From the IMG/VR virus record IMGVR_UViG_3300044825_002288, positions 1 to 59,777 of that record: a stretch of 59,777 nt of DNA, one strand, 5' to 3'. Shown in pieces: positions 45,012 to 54,285 of this stretch. The notes beneath the pieces are model-generated. The model saw only the letters and a list, made by a program, of their open reading frames with translations. It made no database searches and was not told the origin of the DNA. This stretch comes from a virus. Taxonomy: Duplodnaviria; Caudoviricetes. Each line of letters opens with the position of its first letter. Position 1 is the first letter of the stretch. Both the position numbers and the translations under genes were made by a program.

Positions 45012-46012
45012 TGGCTGATCAGAAAATTTCCGCAATGCCCTCAGCGGCGACGCTAGACGGGACAGAGATTACGCCTATCGTTCAAAGCGGAGTAAATAAA
45101 CAAGTAACGACTGCTAACTATGTGTCTGAGGTTCTTGATGTTAATCCCGTCTTGACGACCCAAGGCGGCACAAACATTACATCTTATACGCTTGGCGATA
45201 CGCTCTACGCATCGGCTACCGATACACTGGCAAAGTTGGCTGGCAACACCACGGCAGTCAAAAAGTTTTTAGCCCAAACCGGGACAGGCTCTGTTTCCAC
45301 CGCACCGTCTTGGGAGCTGCTTGATCCATCTGACATCAATACTCAGTACGGAGCGTTTCATTACGATAATGGATCAACGCTAACGGCACAGTTACAAAAT
45401 AACAATGTCACCTCCATGTCGGTGGCAAGCACTACAGATTTTGCATCGTCTGGAAATGTGTTGATTGGAGATGAGGTCATAACCTACACAGGAAAGACAC
45501 CCACAACTCTTACGGGTTTGACCCGGGGTGTTGCTGGAACTAGTGCTGCAACCCACGCAAATGGCTCTGCGGTTACCTCAGCTCAGATCGCCGCAGCAAA
45601 TACCGCAACATTAGTTCGATTAAATATTACTGACTTCTCAAACGGTGTGACGGTAGCCAGCGAAACTGATATTACTTTTGCAATAGGTGGGGTTTACAAC
45701 ATTCAGTTTAGCGTTCAGTTACTGAATGCATCAAATGCAAACGATAATGCAGCGCTGTGGTTTGCTCAGAATGGAACAAACATTGTTGACTCAAGCAGCA
45801 TTGCCACAACGATTAAAAAAGACGGATCTATTGTTGGTGCAAGCATCGTTGCGGCCAACATTTATGTAAGTGTAAATCCAGGGGATGTAGTAAGAATGTA
45901 TTGGTCAACCACAACGGGAAATTCAATCTTGGTGACCTACCCTCAAAGCCTTGCAAATCCAGTTCGGCCAGCATCGCCTGCGGTTATTCTTACCGTGAAT
46001 CAGGTGTCGTAA
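45011..46012 (+). CDS. Fibre/spike-like virion protein
   Basis: ADQKISAMP docking motif, GGTN.TSYT.GD fibre repeat, C1q/BclA-like C-terminus (GVYNIQFSVQL). Confidence 0.65.
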   Translation: MADQKISAMPSAATLDGTEITPIVQSGVNKQVTTANYVSEVLDVNPVLTTQGGTNITSYTLGDTLYASATDTLAKLAGNTTAVKKFLAQTGTGSVSTAPSWELLDPSDINTQYGAFHYDNGSTLTAQLQNNNVTSMSVASTTDFASSGNVLIGDEVITYTGKTPTTLTGLTRGVAGTSAATHANGSAVTSAQIAAANTATLVRLNITDFSNGVTVASETDITFAIGGVYNIQFSVQLLNASNANDNAALWFAQNGTNIVDSSSIATTIKKDGSIVGASIVAANIYVSVNPGDVVRMYWSTTTGNSILVTYPQSLANPVRPASPAVILTVNQVS

Positions 46013-46419
46013 TGCCAGCTAAATCTAAAGCTCAGTTTAGGTTTATGAAGGCTGCCGAATACAGCCCGAAGTTTGCCAAGAAGGTTGGAATCAAGCCCTC
46101 AGTTGCGGCCGAGTTTACTGAGGCCAATGTCAAGAAAAAGGCTTATGCCGAGCTGCCTGAGAAGATGAAAAAAGGCGGTCAGGTTAATTTAGCCGTTGGC
46201 CGAGGAGAAAAACTGCCTGTGTCCCAAGGTGCTGGTTTAACAGCCAAGGGTCGCGCTAAGTACAACCGGGAAACGGGTTCAAAGTTAAAAGCGCCGCAAC
46301 CGCAAGGTGGGTCGCGTAGAGATTCATTTTGCGCGAGGATGGGCGCAATAGCAGAAAAGAGTGAGCGCGGTAGTCGTTCCCGTGCTTCCATGAAACGCTG
46401 GAATTGTCCGGGGTGGTAA
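46012..46419 (+). CDS. Basic two-module protein (PAKSKAQ module + MKKGG + DUF6321-like module)
   Basis: GLTAKGRAKYN...LKAP...RRDSFCARM...RWNC. Confidence 0.7.
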   Translation: MPAKSKAQFRFMKAAEYSPKFAKKVGIKPSVAAEFTEANVKKKAYAELPEKMKKGGQVNLAVGRGEKLPVSQGAGLTAKGRAKYNRETGSKLKAPQPQGGSRRDSFCARMGAIAEKSERGSRSRASMKRWNCPGW

Positions 46420-47493
46420 ATGGCGTACTCAGGAACCGTTTCAACCACGGTCATCAATGTTCAAACCATGATCGATCATGGGGCTCGGCGGTGCGGGAAA
46501 CTCGCTGAAGAGCTCACATCCGAGCAGGTCTTATCTGCCCGGGAGTCGTTGTATTTTGCCCTGTCAGCCCTAGCAAATAAGGGAATTAACTATTGGGCAA
46601 TCAATAAGAAGGTTTTTGGTCTGAAGGCCGATCAGTACATCTACACCATGCCGTTAGGGTGTATTGATGTCCTGAATGTCCTTTACCGGACCCTAAACCG
46701 TCCGAGCGGCGATTACGCCACCAGCGCAGGGGGGAATGTCAGCTTTGTCGCAGACTCCGATATTGACACTATATGTCAGCAAACCTCAGCCAACGGAAAC
46801 ATTTCCGTCTTCTATGGCACTGACAATCCTATTTACGCCGGTTCTATTGGCATCCTGCCTTATGTTGCAGGGGGCGGTACTGCTACTTGGAATATCATCT
46901 ATGAGTATTCGGTTGACGGAAGTACCTGGCGCACGCTTGAGGACCTGGGGCAAATAGTCGTTACCGATAATGAATGGATTTGGACGGATGTCGATCCCGG
47001 CCAAACCGTTGAGTATTACCGTGTCCGAGCCTACTCTGGCACGACTCTTGCGCTGCGGGAGTGGTATGTCGGCAATAACGCCCGCCTGATTCAGATGGCC
47101 CGCCTAAACCGCGATGACTATACCAACCTGCCGAATCAGAACTTTACGGCCAATCAGCCCTATCAGTTTTGGTTTGATCGTACGATCCCGCAGCCGACCA
47201 TGTACCTTTGGCCGGTGCCAAACGATCCGTTTATTCAGATGACGGTTTGGTATTCCCGGCAGATCATGGATGTGGGAGCCTTGACCGATGAGCTTGAGGT
47301 TCCCCAAAGATGGTATGAGGCGGTCGTCTTCATGCTTGCCCACCGTATGGCCTTGGAGATGCCAAATGTGGCCCCGGATCGGATTGCCTACTTGGAGAAG
47401 ATGTCCGATCGGTATATCTATGAGGCCGAGCAGGAAGAGCGTGACAAGTCGCCGATCTACTTCGCACCAAATATTGCGGTTTACACAAAATAA
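46420..47493 (+). CDS. Head-tail connector/adaptor-like protein with an inserted beta-sandwich
   Basis: SARESL...L..LANKGIN.W, LNRDDY.NLPN, P.Q.WFDR, LWPVP and VPQRW.EA motifs. Confidence 0.65.
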   Translation: MAYSGTVSTTVINVQTMIDHGARRCGKLAEELTSEQVLSARESLYFALSALANKGINYWAINKKVFGLKADQYIYTMPLGCIDVLNVLYRTLNRPSGDYATSAGGNVSFVADSDIDTICQQTSANGNISVFYGTDNPIYAGSIGILPYVAGGGTATWNIIYEYSVDGSTWRTLEDLGQIVVTDNEWIWTDVDPGQTVEYYRVRAYSGTTLALREWYVGNNARLIQMARLNRDDYTNLPNQNFTANQPYQFWFDRTIPQPTMYLWPVPNDPFIQMTVWYSRQIMDVGALTDELEVPQRWYEAVVFMLAHRMALEMPNVAPDRIAYLEKMSDRYIYEAEQEERDKSPIYFAPNIAVYTK

Positions 47494-47834
47494 TGCCTAG
47501 ATTCCTAGACACCCGCGCCCTAACATCTGTAGCCATCGGTGTATGTGATCGATGCAAGATGAAACGCGCCTATGTCAATCTAGGCCCCGATCCTAACTTC
47601 CCAGGATTGCGCGTATGCGATCAAGGATGCAAGGATCAATTTGACCCCTACAGGCTGCCGGCTCGGAAGACTGAGCGAATTAACCTTCGCTTTCCCCGCC
47701 CAGATGTAAGTGTCGCCAATGTCCAACCGGCCTTGCAGACCGGGGGTTATGGCCAGTTCCTGATATCGACACAGGACAACCAAAATATCCCGGAAAACGA
47801 TGGCAACCTCGATGTAATTAGCCCGAGCCCATAA
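47493..47834 (+). CDS. Cys-containing (CDRC...C...C) head-completion-region protein
   Basis: AIGVCDRC...LRVC...C.D..DP...LRFPRPD. Confidence 0.65.
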   Translation: MPRFLDTRALTSVAIGVCDRCKMKRAYVNLGPDPNFPGLRVCDQGCKDQFDPYRLPARKTERINLRFPRPDVSVANVQPALQTGGYGQFLISTQDNQNIPENDGNLDVISPSP

Positions 47835-50233
47835 TGCCTTCAGCACAAGTCACCATTACCCAATTACCTGCCGCCGGTCCAATTCAAGGGACTGAGGCGG
47901 TACCTATCGTCCAAAACGGTCAGACCGTACAGACCACAACGGGGGCTATTGCCGCCTCCCCGAGTCAGACTCAGACCTTTATTACGGTCAACCAAGAGCC
48001 GAGCCTGATCAATAGTCGGGCCTTGTCTGTCGGATCGGGGTTAAGCCTCACCGATGGCGGAGCTCAATCGACTATGCAGATTGGCCTCGCTGGAGCGGTA
48101 GCGAGCCTTTTCTCCTCTACTTTGGGGCTGCAGTCCAAAACTAACGCCTCAACAATGGTCGGGCGCACGATTACAGGCTCCACAGGGGTCTCGGTTTCTG
48201 ACGGCAATGGCATTGCAGGAAACCCAACGATCGGCCTTACAGGGGCCGTAGGATCGCTTGCAGGGCTTGCCGGAACCGGTGTCCTAGGGATTGTTGGGGG
48301 AAGCAGTGTCACCGCCCTAGAAATTACGGGAACGACTAATGAGATTGATGTAGCCAACGGAACCGGACCCGGAAACCCGACTATTGGGATTTCGGACAAC
48401 CCGCGGATACCAGGCACCGGGGCGATGCTGATCCCTAACGGGACAACCGCTCAACAGATCTATGGCCCGGATGGGCAGATTCGATACAACACTCAGACTC
48501 AGTATTTTGAGGGCTTGATTGGTGGTGCTTGGACTAACGCTTTAGGCTCATCCGGCATCAGTGGATTTTCCGGCTTTAGCGGATTTTCCGGAATTTCAGG
48601 ATTTTCCGGATTCTCAGGCATTTCCGGTTTTTCTGGCTTTTCTGGACTTAGCGGTATATCGAGTACCTTTTACCCATACCGCACTAATACGGGAAGCACC
48701 TCAGGGGACCCCGGATCAGGCAAGCTACTTTGGAATAACGGAACCCAAACAAGCGCAACACAAATCAATGTCAATCACATAACGGACGATGGCGTTGATA
48801 TTGATGTCTTTTTGGCCCTGCTTGCCGAAACTGAAAACTTCATCATTCAGGATCAAGCTAATAGCGGAAACTTCCAAAAGTGGCTGATCAACGGGGCGCC
48901 ATCGAATGCAGGTAATTACTGGACGATTCCTTGTACGCTTGTTGACTCCGGTGGAACTGGAACCTCAGGGTTTGCAGATAACCTTGAAGTCATCCTTGCG
49001 GTCGTAAACGGTATTAGCGGATTCTCTGGCACTTCCGGATTTAGCGGATTCTCGGGCTTTAGCGGAATTTCAGGCTTTAGCGGATTCTCAGGTTTTAGCG
49101 GAGAGAGCGGCTATTCAGGTTTTTCAGGAATTAGCGGATTTTCCGGTGATAGCGGAATCAGTGGATTTTCTGGAATTTCCGGTTTTTCGGGCGAATCAGG
49201 ATTCAGCGGATACTCAGGCAGTGGCGTTTCGGGTTTTAGCGGCGAGTCTGGTTTTTCGGGATTTTCTGGTGAATCAGGTTTTTCGGGAGCTAGCGGATTT
49301 TCCGGCATCAGTGGATTTTCTGGCGATAGCGGAATTAGCGGATTTTCGGGATTTAGCGGAGAGTCTGGATTCTCAGGATTTTCGGGTTATTCGGGGCTTG
49401 ATGGCATAGCTCAAAGCGGCACTTCGGGATTCTCAGGATTTAGTGGCCAATCAGGATTTTCTGGATTTTCAGGAACTAGTGGATTTTCGGGCCAATCGGG
49501 AACTTCAGGATTTTCAGGCGCAGTTGGATCGGCATCAACTTTTTATCCATATCTAGCGAAAACAACATCACAAAGCGGTGATCCAGGTGTTGGATTTTTG
49601 TTGTGGAACAACGCAACTCAATCAAGCGCCACGCAAATCAATGTAAGCCATGAAGATGACGATGGAGTTGATGTTGATATTTTCTTGGCTTTAATTAAGC
49701 AAACTCAACGATTTACAATTCAAAGCAGAACATCGAGTGCTAATTATCAAGTTTGGGAAGTCAACGGAACCCCAAATAATGTAAATCCTGGCTTATCAAA
49801 TAGTTACTGGGAATTCCCGGTCAGTCTTGTAACCTCAACTTACAGCTTTGCAAATAACGATCCAATTATTTTTGCAATTACAGCTGGTCTTAGTGGCTTT
49901 TCCGGAACTTCAGGATTTTCAGGGTTTTCCGGTTTCAGCGGAATCTCAGGGTTTAGTGGAATTAGCGGATTTAGCGGAACTTCAGGTTTTTCGGGAACTT
50001 CGGGGTTTTCAGGTTTTTCCGGCATTAGCGGCTTCTCGGGCTTCAGTGGCACATCGGGATTTTCGGGTGCGCCGCCGACGACAATTTCTGTCGCTACGAC
50101 TTCTACGACGCCGGTCTACCCCGTCCTAGTGGCCGGCACGACCGGAAGCCAAAGTGCCTTGACGGACTCTGACTTGAGCTATAACGCAACAACCAATGCC
50201 TTCTTATCAGGTGTGGTGGGCGGAACCTTCTGA
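47834..50233 (+). CDS. Fibre protein with (Gly-X-Ser)n blocks and two repeated globular domains
   Basis: Three SGFSGISG... blocks alternate with two homologous STFYPY...GDPG.G.LLWNN.TQ.SATQINV.H..DDGVD domains. Confidence 0.8.
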   Translation: MPSAQVTITQLPAAGPIQGTEAVPIVQNGQTVQTTTGAIAASPSQTQTFITVNQEPSLINSRALSVGSGLSLTDGGAQSTMQIGLAGAVASLFSSTLGLQSKTNASTMVGRTITGSTGVSVSDGNGIAGNPTIGLTGAVGSLAGLAGTGVLGIVGGSSVTALEITGTTNEIDVANGTGPGNPTIGISDNPRIPGTGAMLIPNGTTAQQIYGPDGQIRYNTQTQYFEGLIGGAWTNALGSSGISGFSGFSGFSGISGFSGFSGISGFSGFSGLSGISSTFYPYRTNTGSTSGDPGSGKLLWNNGTQTSATQINVNHITDDGVDIDVFLALLAETENFIIQDQANSGNFQKWLINGAPSNAGNYWTIPCTLVDSGGTGTSGFADNLEVILAVVNGISGFSGTSGFSGFSGFSGISGFSGFSGFSGESGYSGFSGISGFSGDSGISGFSGISGFSGESGFSGYSGSGVSGFSGESGFSGFSGESGFSGASGFSGISGFSGDSGISGFSGFSGESGFSGFSGYSGLDGIAQSGTSGFSGFSGQSGFSGFSGTSGFSGQSGTSGFSGAVGSASTFYPYLAKTTSQSGDPGVGFLLWNNATQSSATQINVSHEDDDGVDVDIFLALIKQTQRFTIQSRTSSANYQVWEVNGTPNNVNPGLSNSYWEFPVSLVTSTYSFANNDPIIFAITAGLSGFSGTSGFSGFSGFSGISGFSGISGFSGTSGFSGTSGFSGFSGISGFSGFSGTSGFSGAPPTTISVATTSTTPVYPVLVAGTTGSQSALTDSDLSYNATTNAFLSGVVGGTF
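48548..50070 (+). repeat. 9-nt-period coding repeats (SG[F/I/T/E/Y]) in three blocks: ~48550-48660, ~49010-49520, ~49885-50070
   Basis: Direct reading of the DNA and translation. Confidence 0.9.
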
Positions 50234-51681
50234 TGAAGTATTCAATCGTCATCCCAACCTACAACCACTGTGATGACCTGCTGCGGCCGTGTCTTGAGTC
50301 CGTCTTTAAGCATTCCGTTATGTCCGAGGTGGAGATAATCGTATCGGCTAATGGATGCACGGATAACACCCGCTGGTATTTAGAGTCTCTGAAAAATCAG
50401 TTTGATCGGGTTGGGTTTGGGGATCACTTCAAGGTCTTATGGAGCGATGTCCCCTTGGGGTATCCAGTCGCCAACAATGTGGCCATCCGCCATGCGACAG
50501 CTGACCGGATTGTCCTTCTGAATAACGACTGCATCCTCTTGGACCAAGAGCGCGGAACTTGGCTAAAGATGCTGAATTCCGCCTTTGAAGACGAGAAGTG
50601 CGGGATCTCAGCCGTCTTAAAGGCCCATTCAGAGATTACCGGCCGGGACTTTGCGGTGTTTTTCTGCGTGATGATCGACCGTAAGGTCTTTGAGACCGTT
50701 GGCTTACTGAATCCGGAGTTTGGGGCAGGTGGGTGCGAGGACATTGAGTTTTGCTTAGAGACTGAAAACGCCGGATTTAAGGTGATTCAGTGTGAAAATC
50801 AGGGCTGGAACGGCCAAACCAACACCGGAGCCTTCCCGATTTATCACAAGGGCGAGGGTACGGTTCACGATTCGGTCTTGGTAAAGGATTGGAAGTCCGC
50901 TTTTTTCCAAAACCAGCTTAAATTGGCCGAAAAACATAACCCTGAATGGGCCAAAAACGCCCACAGACAGGCTAAAGACCATCAAATCAGGTCATCCCTT
51001 GCCTGGATGTGCGAAAACGGCCCTGAAGCCAAGGAATTGTTCGATGAGGTGATCGTCGGGAATGTCTATGGAGCCTCTGAAGAGTCCATGCGTGGCCGAG
51101 AGGTCATCGATATCGGGGCTAATATGGGCACCTTTTCAATCTTGGCCGCTAGCCTTGGGGCTAGGAAGGTCATAGCGATTGAGCCGGTGACCCCGACCTT
51201 TGATGTCCTGATTAAAAATGTATGGAAGTCGGGTTCAGATGTCATCAAGCCGCAGAAGGCCGTGGTTTCTGACCGTGCCGGGGAGTATGTGCGGATAGGG
51301 CTACAGCAAAAAACGGGCCATAACAGCCTTTATGGCGTCCAAGAAGACTTTGAAGAGGTCTATTCCGTCACCCTAAATAACCTCTTAGACATGGTCGATG
51401 GCAGCAATGTCTTCCTTAAGATGGACTGCGAGGGTGCTGAGTACGACATCCTGATGAACGCCTCAGAAGAGGACATGGAGCGGATCACCACGATCGCCCT
51501 AGAGGTTCACGGAGATCTGCACCCCAAATATCGGGGCATCGAGGTAATAGAGAAGAAATTAGAGTCCTTCGGGTTTACCCTTAAAGACCGCAAACATATT
51601 GGTGCTTGGGATCTAGGCTCTCAGGGAGAGATGATCAACTACCGAGACTTGGGCAGGACTAACGAGATATGGACAAGATAG
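50233..51681 (+). CDS. GT2 glycosyltransferase fused to a FkbM-family methyltransferase
   Basis: YSIVIPTYN, LLNND and G.EDIEFC motifs; then IDIGANMG.FS, IEP and LKMDCEGAEYDIL. Confidence 0.88.
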   Translation: MKYSIVIPTYNHCDDLLRPCLESVFKHSVMSEVEIIVSANGCTDNTRWYLESLKNQFDRVGFGDHFKVLWSDVPLGYPVANNVAIRHATADRIVLLNNDCILLDQERGTWLKMLNSAFEDEKCGISAVLKAHSEITGRDFAVFFCVMIDRKVFETVGLLNPEFGAGGCEDIEFCLETENAGFKVIQCENQGWNGQTNTGAFPIYHKGEGTVHDSVLVKDWKSAFFQNQLKLAEKHNPEWAKNAHRQAKDHQIRSSLAWMCENGPEAKELFDEVIVGNVYGASEESMRGREVIDIGANMGTFSILAASLGARKVIAIEPVTPTFDVLIKNVWKSGSDVIKPQKAVVSDRAGEYVRIGLQQKTGHNSLYGVQEDFEEVYSVTLNNLLDMVDGSNVFLKMDCEGAEYDILMNASEEDMERITTIALEVHGDLHPKYRGIEVIEKKLESFGFTLKDRKHIGAWDLGSQGEMINYRDLGRTNEIWTR

Positions 51682-52637
51682 TTCTCTGCTCAATATCTAC
51701 CCGGGGGCGATATCACACGACCTTGCCTATAGCCCTAATGGCGGTGGCCAATCAGACACGGCCGGTCGATAAGCTGGTCATTTTTGACGATAACGACAGT
51801 CCTGAGGATCTTCGGGAGCATCCTGTTTATAAAAACCTATTCTGCATCTTGAACCAAAAGGGAATTAAGTGGGAATGGCTTTTTGCCGGGAAGAAGGGTC
51901 AGCACCATAATCATCAGATCGCCAACAACATGGGCTATGACTGGGTTTGGAGAGTCGATGATGATGCTATCCCTGAGCCAACTACTTTGGAAGTTCTTGT
52001 TAGCCATATTGCAGATGATGTAGGGGCTATTGGCGGGGCAATTCTTATGCCTGGCCGGCCGTTCGATACATCCAAGTCAACCGGGCTACTAGAGAAGATT
52101 GATTCTGAGGCGAACCTTCAGTGGGCTGAGATTAAGCATTTGACCGAGGTTGATCACCTGCACTGCTCATTTTTATACCGAGCTGGGGTGGTGGACTATA
52201 ACCTCGGACTTTCTCGGGTGGCCCACCGGGAAGAGACTATGTTTACCTATTCTTTAAAGAAGAAGGGTTACAGAGTGCTTGCCGTCCCCGGGGCTACGAC
52301 TTGGCACCTAAAGGCTGAGGGCGGGATTCGGATGGAGAAAAACGCTGAACTTTATGCTCATGATGAGCGGATATTCCAAAACTTCCTAAAGCTCAGAGAC
52401 AACACCGTGGTGGTGCTAAACGGGGGTATGGGCGATCATATTGTTTTCACGCACCTGTTGCCGGAAATTAAGAATCCAGCTGTTTTTGGATGCTATCCCG
52501 AGATTATTCCGGGTAGATCGATTGCTGAGGCGCAACAGATGCTAGGTGATATTGAGCCGTACAGTATTTATAAAAAGATGCACCAATGGGGTTGGAAAGA
52601 TAGTTTGGAGAAGGCTTACCGCAAGATGTACCTATGA
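51669..52637 (+). CDS. GT2-like glycosyltransferase with a C-terminal GT9-like N-lobe fragment
   Basis: VIFDD, WRVDDD and HREET motifs; then GGMGDHIVF. Confidence 0.75.
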   Translation: MDKIVLCSISTRGRYHTTLPIALMAVANQTRPVDKLVIFDDNDSPEDLREHPVYKNLFCILNQKGIKWEWLFAGKKGQHHNHQIANNMGYDWVWRVDDDAIPEPTTLEVLVSHIADDVGAIGGAILMPGRPFDTSKSTGLLEKIDSEANLQWAEIKHLTEVDHLHCSFLYRAGVVDYNLGLSRVAHREETMFTYSLKKKGYRVLAVPGATTWHLKAEGGIRMEKNAELYAHDERIFQNFLKLRDNTVVVLNGGMGDHIVFTHLLPEIKNPAVFGCYPEIIPGRSIAEAQQMLGDIEPYSIYKKMHQWGWKDSLEKAYRKMYL

Positions 52638-53083
52638 TTTTGATAGCACCATATGCGAAAAAACTTAGAACCGGAAAGCGTAACCCAAAAGACTACCCAT
52701 ATTGGAGCGAGCTTTTAGAGATGATTGACGAGCCGGTCGTGCAGATCGGCATAGATGGAGAAGAGGCTTTAGTTGAGGATTTTAGGAAAAACCTACCAAT
52801 AGCAGAATTAAGGAGTTTGATTAAGCAATGCAAGACATGGATTGGATGCGACAGTTTCTTTCAGCACCTAGCCTGGGACGAGAAAAAGCCCGGGATAGTG
52901 CTTTGGTCGGTGTCCGATCCGCTGATCTTCGGTCACCCGGAGAATATAAATCTTCTCAAAGATCGGTCTTGCTTGGCGGAAAACCAATTTCTGTGGTGGG
53001 AGATGGTAGAACACAAAAGCGAGAAGTTTGTGGAGCCGAAGGTGGTTTACCAACACTTGAAGGAACTTTTAATTAAGAGGTAG
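52634..53083 (+). CDS. GT9 (heptosyltransferase-like) C-terminal domain protein
   Basis: ILIAP...K.YPYW..L, VVQIG, IGCDSFFQHLA...KPGIVLW...P..FGH..N. Confidence 0.75.
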   Translation: MILIAPYAKKLRTGKRNPKDYPYWSELLEMIDEPVVQIGIDGEEALVEDFRKNLPIAELRSLIKQCKTWIGCDSFFQHLAWDEKKPGIVLWSVSDPLIFGHPENINLLKDRSCLAENQFLWWEMVEHKSEKFVEPKVVYQHLKELLIKR

Positions 53084-53085
53084 AA

Positions 53086-53655
53086 ATGGCACAAGCAGGC
53101 TATACCCCAATATCGCTATATCACAGTACTACGGCAACGAATGTACCTAGCAACGCAAACTTGGTTGCAGGTGAGTTGGCGCTCAACATTGCCAACAACG
53201 ATATGTCGATGTACATGGAGAATGCGTCCGGCACGGTAAAACTGTTTTTCAATAACCCTGCTGCCCTAAAGTACCCAACGGCAGACGGCACTAATGGTCA
53301 GGCAATTACGACCAACGGCGCAGGGGTCTTGAGCTGGACGACGATTACCAGCGGCGCAACGATTAGCAATGACACCTCAAGCTCAACCGACTACTACCCG
53401 TCGTTTCTGCAAGCTACAACCGGTTCGGCTCTTAATATCTATACCAGTAACGCAAAGCTACTTTATAAGCCAAGCACCGGTGAGTTGAAAGCCTCAGAGC
53501 TGGTGGCCTCAAACGGACTTTTGGTAAATAGCACCACGGTATCGGCAAGTTACACCATCGCCTCAGGAACCAATGCTCTGTCGGTTGGGCCGGTAACTGT
53601 GGCTTCAGGTCAAAGCGTGACCGTATCTTCTGGCCAGCGTTGGCTTGTACTGTAA
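53086..53655 (+). CDS. Short tail fibre/adaptor protein
   Basis: VP..ANL..GELALN N-terminal motif; C-terminal NAL.VGPVTVASG.SVTV.SG.RW. Confidence 0.65.
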   Translation: MAQAGYTPISLYHSTTATNVPSNANLVAGELALNIANNDMSMYMENASGTVKLFFNNPAALKYPTADGTNGQAITTNGAGVLSWTTITSGATISNDTSSSTDYYPSFLQATTGSALNIYTSNAKLLYKPSTGELKASELVASNGLLVNSTTVSASYTIASGTNALSVGPVTVASGQSVTVSSGQRWLVL

Positions 53656-53664
53656 GGAGCAGAC

Positions 53665-54285
53665 ATGAGTACGATTGCAGCAGGAACCACATCCGGTAGC
53701 GCGTTAGTTAATACCGGGGATACAACCGGTAATTTGGTGTTTCAGACCAATGGCACGACGACAGCCTTAACGCTGAATACATCGCAAAACGCATCTTTTG
53801 TTGGCACGGTGACGGCAGTTGGCGGCGTTGCGGTTAGCGGGACATCGAGCGGCCCAGCAGATGTAAAAATTTATGAGGATACGGACAATGGCACAAACTA
53901 TGTGTCACTGACCGTTCCGGCTTCTCTTGCATCAAATGTGACCTGCACTTTGCCGTCAACAACATCGACTCTTGGGTACATCAACCTTCCGGCGGTAGGA
54001 ACGAAAACAGGTTCTTACACCCTCGCAGTTGGTGATGTTGGTAAATATGTTCAAGTAGGTTCTGGTGGGTCGATTACTATACCTGATGCAACATTTGCAG
54101 AGGGTGATGCAATATCAATATTTAATAACACCACTGGCAACATTACGATCACCTGCACAATTACAACCGCTTACATCGCTGGAACGGACGCCGATAAAGC
54201 ATCAGTAACTTTAGCCACTCGCGGCGTAGCAACAATTTTATTTATTAGCGGCACTGTTTGCGTAATTACGGGGAATGTGTCGTGA
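53665..54285 (+). CDS. Fibre subunit
   Basis: Shares the EDTDNGTNYV.L...ASNVT.TLP module with the Gly-rich genes; YTL...D.GK and ITGNVS C-terminal domain. Confidence 0.65.
   Translation: MSTIAAGTTSGSALVNTGDTTGNLVFQTNGTTTALTLNTSQNASFVGTVTAVGGVAVSGTSSGPADVKIYEDTDNGTNYVSLTVPASLASNVTCTLPSTTSTLGYINLPAVGTKTGSYTLAVGDVGKYVQVGSGGSITIPDATFAEGDAISIFNNTTGNITITCTITTAYIAGTDADKASVTLATRGVATILFISGTVCVITGNVS

Noticed and set aside
48548-50070. CRISPR array or non-coding satellite
   Set aside because: The period is 9 nt, in frame within a long ORF, degenerate at third positions, with no repeat-spacer structure.
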